64,000 nucleotides of DNA from the human T2T-CHM13v2.0 reference genome, Homo sapiens. The DNA lies in assembly GCF_009914755.1 (NCBI RefSeq), contig NC_060926.1; one strand, given 5' to 3'. The notes under the pieces are model-generated. The model was given only the letters and a program-made list of their open reading frames with translations. It made no database searches and was not told the origin of the DNA. Below, one piece after another: positions 15,033 through 30,233 of the stretch. The position numbers were made by a program, and so were the translations under genes. How positions within the stretch are numbered: position 1 is the stretch's first letter; the number at the start of each line of letters is the position of its first letter.

Positions 15033-18000
15033 GTAAGAGCGAAAAATAAAAAAAAAGAAAAGAGAATTCTTTTTTTCTTTAAAAGAGAATGCTTCTTAAT
15101 TTTTACGGAAACAATTTTATAGTAGGAAAATTATTCTGAGGACATTTTCTGAAAGTGTGTCCCTTTTATTACTTGAGGAAGCTTTGCAATGAGCTTGCTG
15201 TTCTTTCTCTCTGCAAAATCCTTAGCTGATTAAAAACAAAACAAAACAATCACCAGAGGCATGTCTTATCCTAAATAACTTTCTATGCAAGTGTCACTGA
15301 AGCAAAATTAATAGATAAAATGAATCATCATGTGTCTCTTCAAAAATGTTTAATTCAAGCTTGTTACTAGGAATCGCAGGAAGGATGAGAAAACCTCGGT
15401 AAATTCCACAGGTCCTGAGAAAATGGAGCCTTCTGTGAATATACAATATAAAATTTCATGTGATGGCTTTTAATATTGACAATACAGTAAAAGGCTTAGG
15501 AAAACTATTTTTGCAGGTTGTAGACTCTTTTAGCATTAATTTAGAATGAATGATTTGTGTGCATTTAAGCCCTGTTATTTAACTTACTCCTCTTGATAAA
15601 TCTCATGTTGTTCAATATTTGCATTATTTTATTCAGCAAACTTTAAGCTTATGTGATAATTAAACAATGGTTTGTCTCTACTTGTTAACTTACATGGAGC
15701 CATTTTTATTTTAAAGCACAGAAACCTAATTTTGAAAGATTAAACATTGCTGTAAAAAATAGCATCTTAACAGTCATGTTTCATGGGTAGTTTAATTTAT
15801 CAGTCAAACACATCTAGATAAGAATTCCATCAGAGCATTTATATTGTTGATAATATCTCTAGGCAATTTTTTTTTAGCAACTTTACTAGGTGCTTGTATC
15901 TCCTAATATGGTCCTTTATATTGCCTTAGGGAAAAAAGGGACAAGTTCTAAGTATGTAGAATAAATAACACACTTGCAGTAAAAACATACAAAAAAACTG
16001 AACTCCCAGTCACTTAATTCTTTACTTTAATTCATAAATACAGGTCATTTAACGGTGGTAGAACCTCATTAAAATTGAACTTTCAAGAATTATGACTGAC
16101 TTCAGTACACTGGCCATCGATTAATACCTGTTGATTATAATAATAAAATAAAAGTCTTTCAATGAGGTAAATAATTTGTTCCTACATATTTTAATACCTT
16201 TTTGAATGAATCAAAACTAATAGGAATGACTATATAATTTCTAAATATTTTTTGCTATTGTTTTTCTTTTTGTTTATTGTTTTTCAAATTTTTTTATTTA
16301 TTGTACTTTTTTTGTTTGAGAGATTTTGTCTTTGAATAAACAGACACAAATATAATAGTTCTTGGAAAATTAAAATGAGTGAGAAAATTGCTGAATATTA
16401 GTATGGATTATCTAAATGAATTGAGAATTACCTTAAATTTCCTAAAAGTACTAAATATAGTTAATAACATGTTTATATGGTTAAGTGTCATAATGAACCA
16501 AGTAAATATTCTGGTATGGTTGATTTTGAACTGTTTCTGGATTTCAAAAATTATTACATAATACTGAAATTTTGGCATGTTTCTAATTATTGATGGATCT
16601 TTCCGATTTTGTTTTTTTAAGCAAAACAATGGTTGAAATTAATCCACCCCTCACCCCAAGATTGAAATTCAAGGTGATATATAAGACCAGATATTCATCT
16701 CCTAAAATGTATTAGAGGAAATAAATCAATGCAGCTATATTTTTTAGAAATTATAAATTCTGAGTAAAGCTACCTCCAGGAATGAAGGGGAATTGATGAA
16801 AATTAGAGAGCAGAGTTCCACATGGTTTTAAATTATTCTGTTTCCTTGGAAACCAGCTGCTGCAGATGCATTTTGCTTTCTTTGGCTAAAAATATCACCC
16901 TTTTAATAATCACTAAGGGAGAGGACTGAATAAAACCAGAGTATATTGTTGCTGCTTTTTATAATTTCCTTAATGGTTCACATATTTTGGATGAAAAGTA
17001 GATAAACCCTTTCTCAATCAGCATTTCCTATCAGCCACTGGCAGACGTCTGCAAGTCTTATAAAAATGAGACAACTGGGGTAGCTTTTACTGCAGAGTCC
17101 ACAGGAAGAGATAGAGAGAGAGAGAGAATGTGTGCTGGAGTGGAGACAAGAGAGAAAAAAAAAGCATGAAAGAAAACAGTTAAGAGGTTACTGTCCAAGT
17201 GAAGGATGAAACAAGGCAAATGAAAACCATGTAAGGCTTTCAGTGAGAAATGGGAAGGCATCACCATTTTTTTTTCCTTTGGTACAAACATTTTTAAGAT
17301 TTAAATGTAGGTTTTTAATGGAGCTCACTATATACAGCTTTGTCCCCTTTTCACAACACTCTTTCCTTTTTCTCTTTATGTTTGCAGTGGTTTGCAATAT
17401 AATGAATAATACAATAAATTAAGAAGTATTTTTTAATGTATCAATCACTTTAATCATAAAGAGAGAAGCTTGGTATATGTCCAGGCTATGGATAGTGAGG
17501 AGCATTCAATACACATTTTGACATTAGAATAAGAATTTTTTAAACTTAACGTCCAAACCATGTTTCATTAATGCAATTATTTCCTTACCTTTGTAATCTA
17601 TTTAATATGTATAAAAAATTACACATTCCAACAACCTAAAAGCTATTTGTGTTAATGTTAAGGTAATTAATTTAAAATTTAATATAAATCACTGTAAATG
17701 CACATATATCCTTTTTGCTTTATTTGAAACATTTTTGCTTTCTTTGAAAATAAACATTACTTTTATGTAGCTTTTCTCTATACAAAAAAAAATCACAATT
17801 ATCATCATATTCTACCCTAGGCAATTCCTTAATTTAAAACATTTTTATTATAAAATTACATGCTTCAAAGGCAGCACTGTCATCCCATACACCATTTTTT
17901 TCAAATCTCTCAGCTATTTGTTAAGAGGAAAAATCATCATAAAGCTGTTAACAGCTTTCCTATTATTTTTGTTATAATTCAGATGAGATTCCTAACTCTT

Positions 18001-19483
18001 ATTTTCTCTTTACAACTCATTTAAATATTTGTGACATATCATACTTTATTTTCATAATATTAACCTTAGTCTATTAGATTCAATGTTAGCAATGTAGCAA
18101 ATAAAGCACCACATGCTTAAACTACGTGTTAAAATATTTAATATGTAGCCAACATATTATTTAAAGTTAAATTAATTTGGCATGTCAGTACGTTATTTTC
18201 AAAAAAAGCTAAGATGGTGGGAAGTATTTTGTTTTTATCAATTAACACGAGCAAAGCACTTCAGTGACAGCACTTTCAGCATAAACACTGATGACATTAA
18301 AAAGCAAGCTAACAACAAATCAGATAGACTAGTAAATGGATTATGTGACCTGTGTAGACAACCCCTATTTAAGGCACAACCAAAATTATCAATGCTTGTC
18401 AAGATCCTGAAGAGAATGCATTTCGTAGGCTTACTCTCAACTACAGATAATTTAAAAATACAGTTTGTTAGTCATTTCTACTTACTGCTTCATGCTTCTT
18501 TCTTTGCTAAACGTAGCTTGCCAGAATTGTGGGTGGGTTTTCATGGCCTCTTAAAGTCTCACAAAATATACTAAAGAAAACAAAATACTTAATTACTTCC
18601 CCTATAATATAAGTAGACAACTTTACATCTGTAATGGAAATATGCTAGTTTGGCAAATAACCTCTTATTGCTGGAAATGGAGGGGTGGCATTTACAAGAA
18701 ATGGAAATAACATGAGAGTAAGAAAGCTTGGGTCAGATTTAATAATATTCAAATTGTGCTGTATACATAAACTAATCCAGTCAAATGAAAAAATTACATT
18801 AACATTTGTACTATAGTACATCACAACTCAAAGGTATTATTAATCAGATGTTATTTTTGACTAATATATTTAATACCTGATAGTTTAATACAGGGCTTAT
18901 ACAGATATTAAAAGGGGGTTGGTTCAAAGCAGCATTATTGCTTTTTAATTATGATTTGGTATGAAGAAGCAAGGAATGGATTTATCAAGCTAATTGTCAC
19001 ATTTGGATATTTCACATATCTCAATGAATCAGTTGGGCAGATCATTTGATTTCTCTGTCAATTGCTTAGATTTCAGATATTATAATGGCCTAAATTGTTT
19101 GAGCTGAAAACTGTTGAATATGCATGCCCTGAGAAAACACTCAATATAACTTGTAAGGTATTTAATTCAAGATTATAACGATCTAGATAAATATCAGTGC
19201 TATTTCTATGAACTACGTATAGTAAGGAAATCACTTTGATACGAGATCAACTTCATGATCAACTTCATGATCTCATATCATGGCCTGAAAAGAAGATAAG
19301 CATGCATGTGACTTATTTCCAATAAGCTCTTATACTTTACTTAGATCAAGAGCTTAATACATTATTTTCCAATACCACAAAGGGTGGTGCACACATTTCT
19401 CCTTATCTCCTGACTTGTGCACATTCATAAAAATGACATTATTTTAAACAAAAATCACCAACACTATCAAATGTAGTTTTTAA

Positions 19484-19697
19484 ATTTATATTTTTTTATT
19501 TTATCATATTGTTTTATTTTATTTTATTTTATATTTTAGAGATAGGGCTTTTCTATGTTGCCAGGCTTGAGTGCAGCAGGCTATTCACAGGCAAGATTAT
19601 AGTGTACTACAGCCTCAAACTCCTGGGCTCCAATGATTATTCTGCTGCAGCCTCCCAAGTGGCTGGGGGATTGCAGGCTTATACCACTGTCCCTGGC
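19484..19697 (-). mobile_element. FAM (fossil Alu monomer, 7SL-derived) with T-rich tail
   Basis: Monomer retains the 7SL-type segment ggctattcacaggc, which dimeric Alu lacks; (TTTTA)n tail on the left. Confidence 0.75.
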
Positions 19698-21989
19698 AAA
19701 AGTAATTTTTATGCAAATGTTTATGTCTTTAAACAATATTTACTATAAATTCCTTGGCCTATACTCATTTAATTCATGTATTACCTTTTCATATTTTAGT
19801 CTTTTATTGCCCTAGAAACATGGGACTGCCGTGTAGAGAGAATTTCTTCCTGGATTCTTCATTTTACCTATGACAAAATTAAGGCGCAGAGAGGACAATG
19901 ATCATATTTAGTGGGAAACTAAGTATTTGCTTATGCAAAATTACAAAGCAAGACACTATGTGTTTGTATTAAATATTAGATATAGTGCATTAAACACTGG
20001 ATGAAAGAAAAGCAGAACTTAGAAAGGCTTTGCATGGAGGTGAAAAAGCATGGTGTGGCCAGATGGTCTCTGATGCATAACAACACAGGGATTTTAGAGT
20101 TGCATAGAACTCTCCACTTCAGACCTGCCCCTGATATCCAGTGAGCCTAGTGGCTTTGACCTACTATCACAGTCTCCTTGACTTTTTTAGTTTGCTGTCA
20201 CTGTCAAAATGCATTTCAGCTTTGTATTTTAGCAAGTGTGGATACAGTTAGTTGCTGTCATGTTGTGGATATATCACAATATATTTAATAATGAAACAAA
20301 TAGTTTCCTAAACAGGAGCCCTGAATGTATTTACAAAGATTTTCATTTGCTTTTCTCTCCTCAGGTTAGGCTAGCCATGAAAAATCAATATTTGTCATCA
20401 GTCATTACCAGGTAATACTGGTTGTGATGGTGTCAGCGTTTTAAAGCAGAAAGATTCTGGAAAAGGGTTTCAAAAGTGATTTAAAAAAAAAAGACGTCTT
20501 TGTTCTGTCTAATTAAAATTCCCTTCTCGTTGCTCATGAAACTCATACTTAAAATTTTAAATGATTTGCCCCCTGTGCATCCAAATCAATAAGGGCCCCA
20601 AGGGGCTGCTCTCATGCTGCCCACTGAACTTACCTAGAGCTGAGTGTTAAATGGAAAACTGATCTTGGGGATGCCATTATAATCCATTTTCAGAGATCTT
20701 CCCACAACATACAGGCAGGGCCAAGGAGAGAAGCCGTGGGCCTGTCCTGTGCTCCCTGCCAGAGCTTCTTGGTGTGTGGTCATGACAGCCACTTTGTGAT
20801 CTCTCAGTACCCTTTCGCTCACTATCTAAATTATAGCTCTTGATGACAAGGAGTTTCCTTCATCTCTGCATCAATGCCTAATACAATGCCTGATACACAG
20901 TATGTGCCCCCAGATTGTTTTGCCGATTGAATAATTAAGCAAATTGTCTTGTCAGATAGTCATCTAGCCTCCTCTTACATCCTCTCAATGGCAGACACTC
21001 CTTACATTCTAAGACGGTCTCTTCCTTCCATGTTCTTCTCTGTTAATGCTATTCAGTGTGACAATGTCCATGTCACCTAAATGTCATTAAGCCATGCAAG
21101 GTTTTGTCTTGCAGACTTTTTATTGTCCAAACGCTATCTGTGCTCTCCTACATTAACGGGATTTTATCTGCATGTAGTTCCCATTTCATGCTTCCCTGCT
21201 CTGTTTCATTATAATACTGCTTGGTTTCTGATACACACACACAGATTATCATATACTAAATCAATGGGTTAATTGTAAATTAATGTAATTAACTGTAATT
21301 GTTATATTAATATATAATACAAGTGTTAATTAATGTTTGTGTAAGAAAATATAGTAGTATATATTTAACCAATCTGAGTGCTATCATACATCCACTCTTA
21401 GTCAATGAATCCCCATTCTCCTGAGTTAAATTTGTTCAACAACATTTGATTAAAGTTAAAATTGTTTGGCAATATTTTTGTGCTGCTCTGGGCTCACTTT
21501 CTGCCATTTGTGGTCTGTTCTGGTGAACAATTCTAAGCCGTAATGCCTGGTAAGTGACAATGCTGCATAAGCTACAAAGAAAACAAGTGTGCATGCTTGC
21601 TTGCTGTGTGTCACTGGGGTTTACTATGCCTCAGGGTAAAGGTAAGCAGATAATATGGGACTGGTAGAAGTCCTTTGATATAAATATCACCACAACTAGG
21701 TAAAAATAACCAAAAGAATAACGAATGAAATATCCTGATGAATTTAAACTGAAGGAAAAGGAGTGCTTACCAATGTACTGTAAACGTGTTCATTTACATG
21801 GAGCTATACTGTGGTATACATATACCCCTTAAAGGTGTGATTCAGTCATGCAGGCAGCATGCCGGTTTCTAGAAATGCATCATTTGAGCTAATGGGGTAC
21901 TGTGACTTTGGCTTATCTATCTATTCTTTAGGTAGTGCAGGATAATCATTGATGGGCTTTCCTAACTGATTGACTTTGCAATCAAACAG

Positions 21990-22175
21990 GCATAGCCTCT
22001 TATTGCCTGTGTAAATTTGGACCAGTTACTTAAACTATCTGAGCCTTAGTTTTCTTATCTGTAAAATTCAGTTATCTACCTGGGTAGTATTGTGAAGATT
22101 GGCAGGTGTACATAGAGGACTTTTCAGTGCAGAATTTGGCGTATAGTAAGCCATTGTGTGCAATTTTTAGTTGTT
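21990..22175 (+). mobile_element. MIR fragment
   Basis: tgtgtaaatttggaccagttacttaaactatctgagccttagttttcttatctgtaaaat is the MIR core. Confidence 0.7.
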
Positions 22176-22628
22176 GTTGCTAGTCATGCTTTTCTGTTTA
22201 TAAGCCAAGAATGGAAGGAGCAAAATAATCCTCAGTATTTGTAATGACTTCCTAAGTATTATTGCTTGCTAGTGGGTGAAAAAAAATCCCTCTTGACTGG
22301 CTTTTTTTCCATATTAACTACAATTAAATTGCTGGGCATCAGCTGGTAAATTTAGTATTGTATGAGAAAGTGCAATTGTGAAAACAAATCCTAGAATTAT
22401 TAAAGAAGAGCAAAGATAGGACCTTCAAAATATTAATATCAAGCATTTTCAAAATTGGGGCATAGATCTCAGAAATATAATTGAAGATTTCATAAAAAAT
22501 ATTCTATGATTAAATAAATTTAAGGAAATTTAGAGGATATTTAAATAATATCCATTCCTGTTAAGTCTTTTCTATGCTAACGTACACTAAGACTTTTAAC
22601 GAAGGGTATGTAATATTAAGAAATTGTA

Positions 22629-22972
22629 GGCCGGGTGCAGTGGTTCATGCCTGTAATCCCAGCACTTTGGGAGGCCGAGGCAGGCAGATCACATGAGGTC
22701 AGAAGTTCGAGACCAGCCTGACCAACATGGTGAAATCTCGTCCCTACTAAAAATACAAATATATATATATATGAAATATATATATATATAATACAAATAT
22801 ATATATATATATTAGCCAGGTGTGGTCGTGGGTACCTGTAATCCCAGCTACTCAGGAGGCTGAGGCAGGGGAATCGCTTGAACCCGGGAGGCGGAGGTTA
22901 CAATCAGCCAAGATCATGCTACTGCACTCCAGCCTGGGCGACAGAGCCAGACTCCATCTCAAAAAAAAAAAA
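22629..22972 (+). mobile_element. AluSx-like with (TA)n expansion in the middle linker
   Basis: ggccgggtgcagtggttcatgcctgtaatccc...; linker 22750-22812 expanded to AT repeats; A tail. Confidence 0.95.
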
Positions 22973-22986
22973 ATTGTAGGCCGGTA

Positions 22987-23394
<408 letters not shown>

Positions 23395-23999
23395 TCATCA
23401 TAGACCCCTTCCCAACACAAAAGTCTCCTACTAAAATCTTGCAGATTGTATTTTGTATATGCATGCTTCACTAAGCATTTTTAAGACAGATGTATATCTA
23501 CTGTGTTATTAAAGAGCCTCTAACTCAAAGGCTGAAACATGGTCTACATTTTACAATTTTCAAACTATAAAAATAGCTCCAATGTTTCTAATACAAAAAC
23601 ACTTCCAAAATTATTCAATTACATATGTGTTCATTCTTCATCAGAGTAATATATTCAATTTTTAAAAATTTTCACTCTTTTTCTCTCCCCCATGTTGTGC
23701 TTTTAAACTTCAAAAAAGCAGCACGTGTACATATGTTTAAAAATATTTGCTGTCCAAAGAGGTTTTACTTCCAAAAGCATGATTCCATTTTGTTTAAACT
23801 TCTTCTCTATGAGGAAAATCTGGAAACTACTCCTTTACTCTCATGTCTTGTCTTCTATTTACCTTACTTTTCTTCTTCAAAAGTACCTGGTTATTTATTG
23901 AACATTTCTTGAATCTTTAAATAAGATCCCATTCTTCAGTTGCTCACAGTCTATTAAGAAATTGAGTAGGAAACCTATGCCAAGTTTTATATAGAAGGG

Positions 24000-24235
24000 G
24001 TGTAGCATGACCTTAAAGAGCACAGTCTACGGAGTCAGGCAAGGTGAGTTTTAATTCCAGCTCAGTTACTTAATTGCCTTTGTCAGTGTATGTAGGTTAC
24101 TTCCATCCTAAGCTTCATGTTGCTCCATGATAAAAAGGGAAGCATAATGCTTAATTCAGAATCACTGTAAGGGCAAACAAGATAACATGTTCACAGAATT
24201 TAGTTTCTAACACCAAGTAAAAACTCAAGAACATT
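24000..24235 (+). mobile_element. MIR fragment
   Basis: ttaaagagcacagtctacggagtcaggc...ttttaattccagctcagttacttaattg resembles the MIR 5' part and core. Confidence 0.55.
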
Positions 24236-24654
24236 ATTATCATCTGTTTATCCAAAAGCGAAGCTATTTATTAACTAAAGATAAACAGGACATTATGGAC
24301 AATATGAAAAATATCCCAAAAAATTCTCATTAAACCCTGTGAAGGCACCTAGCTATAAAGAGTGTTCATAACCTACTTTTTCTGTAAAGATAATTGAAAC
24401 ATACCAAAAATCACAAATGAAATGTCTTTTTTATAGCTATTATGAATGTTTATAAACAATATTTATGTATATTTTACCAGGAAAAGGAAAATTAAGTAAC
24501 GTAGGCACACACATACACACACAGAAACACATTAAGAATAAAAAGAAAGTATGTGGGAGAAAAAATGTAATTCTAAGTATTCAAAAACAAGACAAAACAA
24601 TATCAAGCAGTGAGATATCAAAAGTCATGAAAGTCCGTGATGATAAAATTATGA

Positions 24655-24820
24655 TTTCAAGTGCCCAAATGCCTGGGTTTGAATTCTGGCTCTAAAACTA
24701 CCTGTGTGACCTTGGCCTCATCACCTAACCCCCATATGCTTCAGTTTTTAAGCTCTAAATGGTATTATTAATAATAATGCCTATCTTATATGGCTATGGA
24801 GATTAAATGAGTTGATATAT
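24655..24820 (+). mobile_element. MIR (left part; appears to resume at ~25755-25820)
   Basis: gcctgggtttgaattctggctct...tgtgtgaccttgg...gattaaatgagttgata; continuation gtgctagaacagtgcttggcacatagtaagcact. Confidence 0.7.
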
Positions 24821-24821
24821 A

Positions 24822-25752
<931 letters not shown>

Positions 25753-26035
25753 ATATATGAAGTGCTAGAACAGTGCTTGGCACATAGTAAGCACTATATG
25801 TGTGTTGACTATAATTATTATCTTGAGTAGCTGACAAATTCATAAACAGTTTTAAAAAATAGCAATATTTTTTGCCACAGCATTGGCAAGAGTGAAGTAA
25901 TATCCCAATGCACCCTTAAAGAAATATAAATTGGCAGAACCTTACTGGCAGAACCAAATTGGCAATGTGCATGGAAGACTCAATATTTCCACTTCTAGGA
26001 ATTCATCGTTAAAGGTATAATAAGAGATATGCACA

Positions 26036-26155
26036 AGTATATATATTTTATATTATATAAAATTTTATATATTATATATATAATATATATAATATAAAAA
26101 TATATGTAATATATATTATAATATATATTTTATATATGTATATAAAAATATAATG
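26036..26155. repeat. AT-rich (TA)n-derived low-complexity tract with palindromic core
   Basis: Almost only A/T; perfect 24-nt palindrome tatatattatatatataatatata at 26066-26089. Confidence 0.9.
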
Positions 26156-26157
26156 TT

Positions 26158-26305
26158 GGCTAGGTGCAGTGGCTCATACCTGTAATCTCTGCACTTTGAG
26201 AGGCTGAGGCAGGAAGATTGCTTGAGCCCAGGAATTCAAAACCAGTCTGGACAACATAGTGAGATCCTATGTCTATAAAAATATGAAAAAAAATTAAATA
26301 AAAAA
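26158..26305 (+). mobile_element. FLAM_C-like Alu left monomer
   Basis: ggctaggtgcagtggctcatacctgtaatc...ttgcttgagcccaggaattcaaaaccagtctggacaacatagtgagatcc followed by A-rich tail. Confidence 0.85.
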
Positions 26306-27082
26306 GGAAATGCTAATTATACTGTGATTTATAATAACAAATACTTAAAAATAAACCAAACATGTCCCTTTAGAGGTTTGGTTAAATATCATGGCCTAGT
26401 TATTCAATGAAATACAATGTATTAGACACAAAACCCAAAATCAAATAAAAGCACATGGTATTGGAAAATATTGAATGAGAAGGTTATATGCTCACGTTAA
26501 TAGTGGAGAAACTGCAGGTATAAAATTGCACATACTGAGTTAATCAATGCACACTTCTTCCTGTAGTGTGAGGTAGACTCTTGGCAAGATACGGTCACTT
26601 AATGAGGGAGGGAATATACCCTGACAAATCCCCTGAGATTACTGCAGTGCAAACCAGACTGCTGGTGACTACTCAGGGAGCACCAGCCTCTTTCCTGGAG
26701 TGTGGGGTGGGCTTTGACAAGACAGGATCACTTAACAAGGGAGGCAACGTGCCCTGACACCAACTGATCACACCCACCCACCAAAAGAGCCAGGGCATCC
26801 TCAACAGGAAGACTTTGCACCATCTTTCCTAGTTCTCTGTGCTGCCTCTATTCATTCGTACCTCAAAGTAGAAACGGTGTGGTGTGAGCCCTCATTCCTG
26901 ATTTATAGTTCTCCTTTATGCTACACTGGCTAGATTACACACCCAGAGAAGATTTTAGAGTATGATTTTTGTTTTTAGCTCTAATACAAGGCATCCTGGA
27001 ATACAAAATATGTACCAGTGGGGTAGGGAGTATGGAAATTAGAACACCTACAACACACATTCTGGCATTATGAAATAGCTAC

Positions 27083-27394
27083 GTGGAGGCCATTATCCTA
27101 AGCAAACTAACACAGGGACAGAAAACCAAATACCGCATGTTCTCACTTTTAAGTGGGAGCTAAATACTGAATACATATGGACACAAAGACGGGAACAATA
27201 GGTACTGGGGAGGGCTCGAGGAGACAGAGTGCGGGAAGGTGGACTGGAAGGCTACCTAGTGAGTACTATGCTCACTACCTTGGAGATGGGACCATGCATA
27301 CACCAAGCCCCTGTGACATACAATTTACACATGCAACAAACCTGCACATGTACTCCCTGAACCTAAAATAAAAATAGAAGAAAAAAATAAAATA
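27083..27394 (+). mobile_element. Short 5'-truncated L1 (old L1PA) 3' end with TSD
   Basis: ggaggccattatcctaagcaaactaacacag...aaacctgcacatgtactccctgaacctaaaataaaa; TSD AAATAGCTAC at 27073-27082 and 27395-27404. Confidence 0.9.
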
Positions 27395-27404
27395 AAATAG
27401 CTAC

Positions 27405-27853
<449 letters not shown>

Positions 27854-28307
27854 CAACAGATGTGCTTTTGCCTGAGGGATACAGATATCACCACAAATTC
27901 AGATTGAAGCAATTCTTCCCATTTACCTTTCAGCCCAAAGGGAGATATACCAAAATTCCTAGTTTTTGAAACTATCGTCTACCCATAGACCTTACAACCC
28001 AGGCTGGTTTCTTCCACCTCTTGCTTGTCTATGAGTAAATTGATAAAAATCAATGTTCTCATTTAGGAGTTTCCCTCCAGCCTCTCAGAATTTTTCTACC
28101 GTGTCTCCAAATATACTTTCACCTTATATTCCCAGGACTGTTTAATCTACATTCACTTTTATTCTGCATCCATCTTTACCTTCAAGAAACTGTCCCCATT
28201 CTTGTTCTAGGTTTTGCCAGTTAACCTCCTGTAATCAACCTAAGCCCATGATTATATCCAAGCTATTTATTAAGTGTTCTTGCAGTGGCAGGAGAGGGAG
28301 AGAGAAC

Positions 28308-28396
28308 ATACGTATATGTGTGTGTGTGTGTATGTATATATATATGTATATAAAAATATAGATATAAATAAATAATGTATATATAAAAATATATAA
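28308..28396. repeat. (TG)n/(TA)n compound microsatellite
   Basis: tatatgtgtgtgtgtgtgtatgtatatatatatgtatata... Confidence 0.85.
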
Positions 28397-28869
28397 TACA
28401 GTTGTGGAGGTTTGCTATTCAGTATACCTAGGCTCTGGGCAGGGCATTCAGGTGCCCTTTTCCATAATCATAAAATCTCAACCATTGGATATAGTAGTCT
28501 GCAAAACTTGCCTGGTAACAACACACATTTAAGGCCGTTGCAGGGGATCCATCTAAGCTCTAAACCATCTGATTTTTAGAAAAATAACTTATATTTGTGG
28601 AAAAGTCAATGTAGTCAACATTCATTGTAGTTCTTCCTTCAAAATGGAGATTTTAGATTTTTACCTTTGTATTCTGTAAGTGATCTGTGCTGAGTCAGTT
28701 GCTAATACAGTTGTTTCTTGTAACAATAGCATAAAAATTAATAACTTACAATTTTCTACCATTACTTTTAAATGCTAATAATCTCCTTATATTCTTTTAA
28801 GTCTCTAGGTTTGTATAAAATTACTAAACTGTCATTTTGAATATTTTATTTCAAACTGTGATTATTCTA

Positions 28870-29226
28870 TGTCTCAATCAGTTCTGGTTACCACAACAAA
28901 ATATCATAGACTGGGAGAATTATAAACCACAGAAATTTATTTCCCACATTTCTGGAGGATGGAAGTCCAAGATCAAGGTGCTGATAGATACCGTGTCTGG
29001 TGAGGGACTGTTTTCTAGACAGCCATGTTTTTGCTGTAACCTCATGTGGCAGGAAGGCAAGGGATCTCTTCTGGGGTCCCTTATAAGGGCACTAATCCGC
29101 CTTCATGACTTACTTATGTCCCCAAAGCTCCAGCCCCTAATAACACCACCTTGGGGGTTAGAATTTCAACATATGAATTTTAGGGAGACCCTAGCATTCT
29201 ATTGAATAAATATTCAGACCATAGCA
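28870..29226 (-). mobile_element. MLT1A/B-like MaLR solo LTR
   Basis: aaaccacagaaatttatttcccacatttctggaggatggaagtccaagatcaaggtgctg...ttgggggttagaatttcaacatatgaattttagggagac...attcagaccatagca. Confidence 0.85.
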
Positions 29227-29273
29227 TTCTATTGAATAAATATTCAGACCATAGCATTCTATTGAATAAATAT
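29186..29273. repeat. 30-bp tandem repeat, ~2.9 copies
   Basis: Unit agacc(a/c)tagcattctattgaataaatattc; only 1 mismatch among the copies. Confidence 0.95.
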
Positions 29274-29392
29274 AGCAATTGTAACAATTCTTATCTTAGG
29301 AATGCTAGTAAGAAAATTGTATTTTATATATGTCTCAAAATGAATTATTGTATACGGAATCAGTAATAATGCAACAATTCCCATTAGAGCTA

Positions 29393-29661
29393 TTTTATTT
29401 TATTTTATTATTTTTGAGACAGAGTCCCACTGTCACCCAGGCTATCTTGGCTCACTGCAGCCTCCACCTCCCAGGTTCAAGCAATTTTTCTTATGCCTCA
29501 GCCTCCCAAGTAGCTGGTGTTACAGGCATGCACCACCACATTCGGCTAATTTTTGTATTTTTAGTAGAGATGGGGTTTCACTGTGTTGGCCAGGCTGGTC
29601 TCAAACTCCTGGCCTCCAGTGATCCACCTGCCTAGGCCTCCCAAAGTCCTGGGATTACAGG
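29393..29661 (-). mobile_element. AluS-like, slightly truncated
   Basis: ttttgagacagagtcccactgtcacccaggct...ggcctcccaaagtcctgggattacagg. Confidence 0.92.
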
Positions 29662-30233
29662 AGATCTATTTTAAAAACCTAATAAGGTATCATCTTTTTG
29701 GACCAACAAAGGACTTGTGAGCGGATCTGGGAGTAGAATTGAGAAACTTCTGACTTCTAACGTACACAACAAATACAATTTTTCAGTGCTAGAAAATATA
29801 AATCAAGTCATCTGTACTTCCCCCTGTTTGCTGACAGTTTCTTCCAGCCATGTACTGTCAGAAAGAGCATTCTGTATTATAGGGTGTTTTTAAAATATTG
29901 TTTATGATCACTTTTGCTTGACTATGTGGATGGGACAAACTCAATAAAGAATGTTCATAATAACTGTCTTTTCCCGTAGTTTTCCTCCCTTCCCACCTAT
30001 TACTGCAGACATCTGAAACGGAGTAGCATCCTATTCTCTCTCACAATTTAGCTTTCTCTGTATAATCCTGCTTCTATTGCCATGGAATCATTACAACATC
30101 GCAATTTTGGTAGTTCAACCAGAGTGTACTACAGAATTAGATTGGTGAAAACAAACTAGAATAAAACAATTCCTTTCTCTTTCACTCAATCTCTCTCTCT
30201 CTCACTTGCTCTCGCTCTTTCTTTCTCTTTCTG

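Noticed and set aside
14679-15122. 147-aa ORF over the promoter
   Set aside because: Starts at TTG, runs through the exon 1 donor into intron, and has no recognisable domain.
18182-18574. 130-aa intronic ORF
   Set aside because: No recognisable homology or convincing exon boundaries; length is compatible with chance.
19538-19697. 7SL RNA gene
   Set aside because: Too short and diverged, lacks most of the S domain, and has a retroposon tail; it is a FAM monomer.
29186-29273. CRISPR-like array (also 951-1010)
   Set aside because: Contiguous tandem units with no spacers, no cas genes, and a mammalian context.
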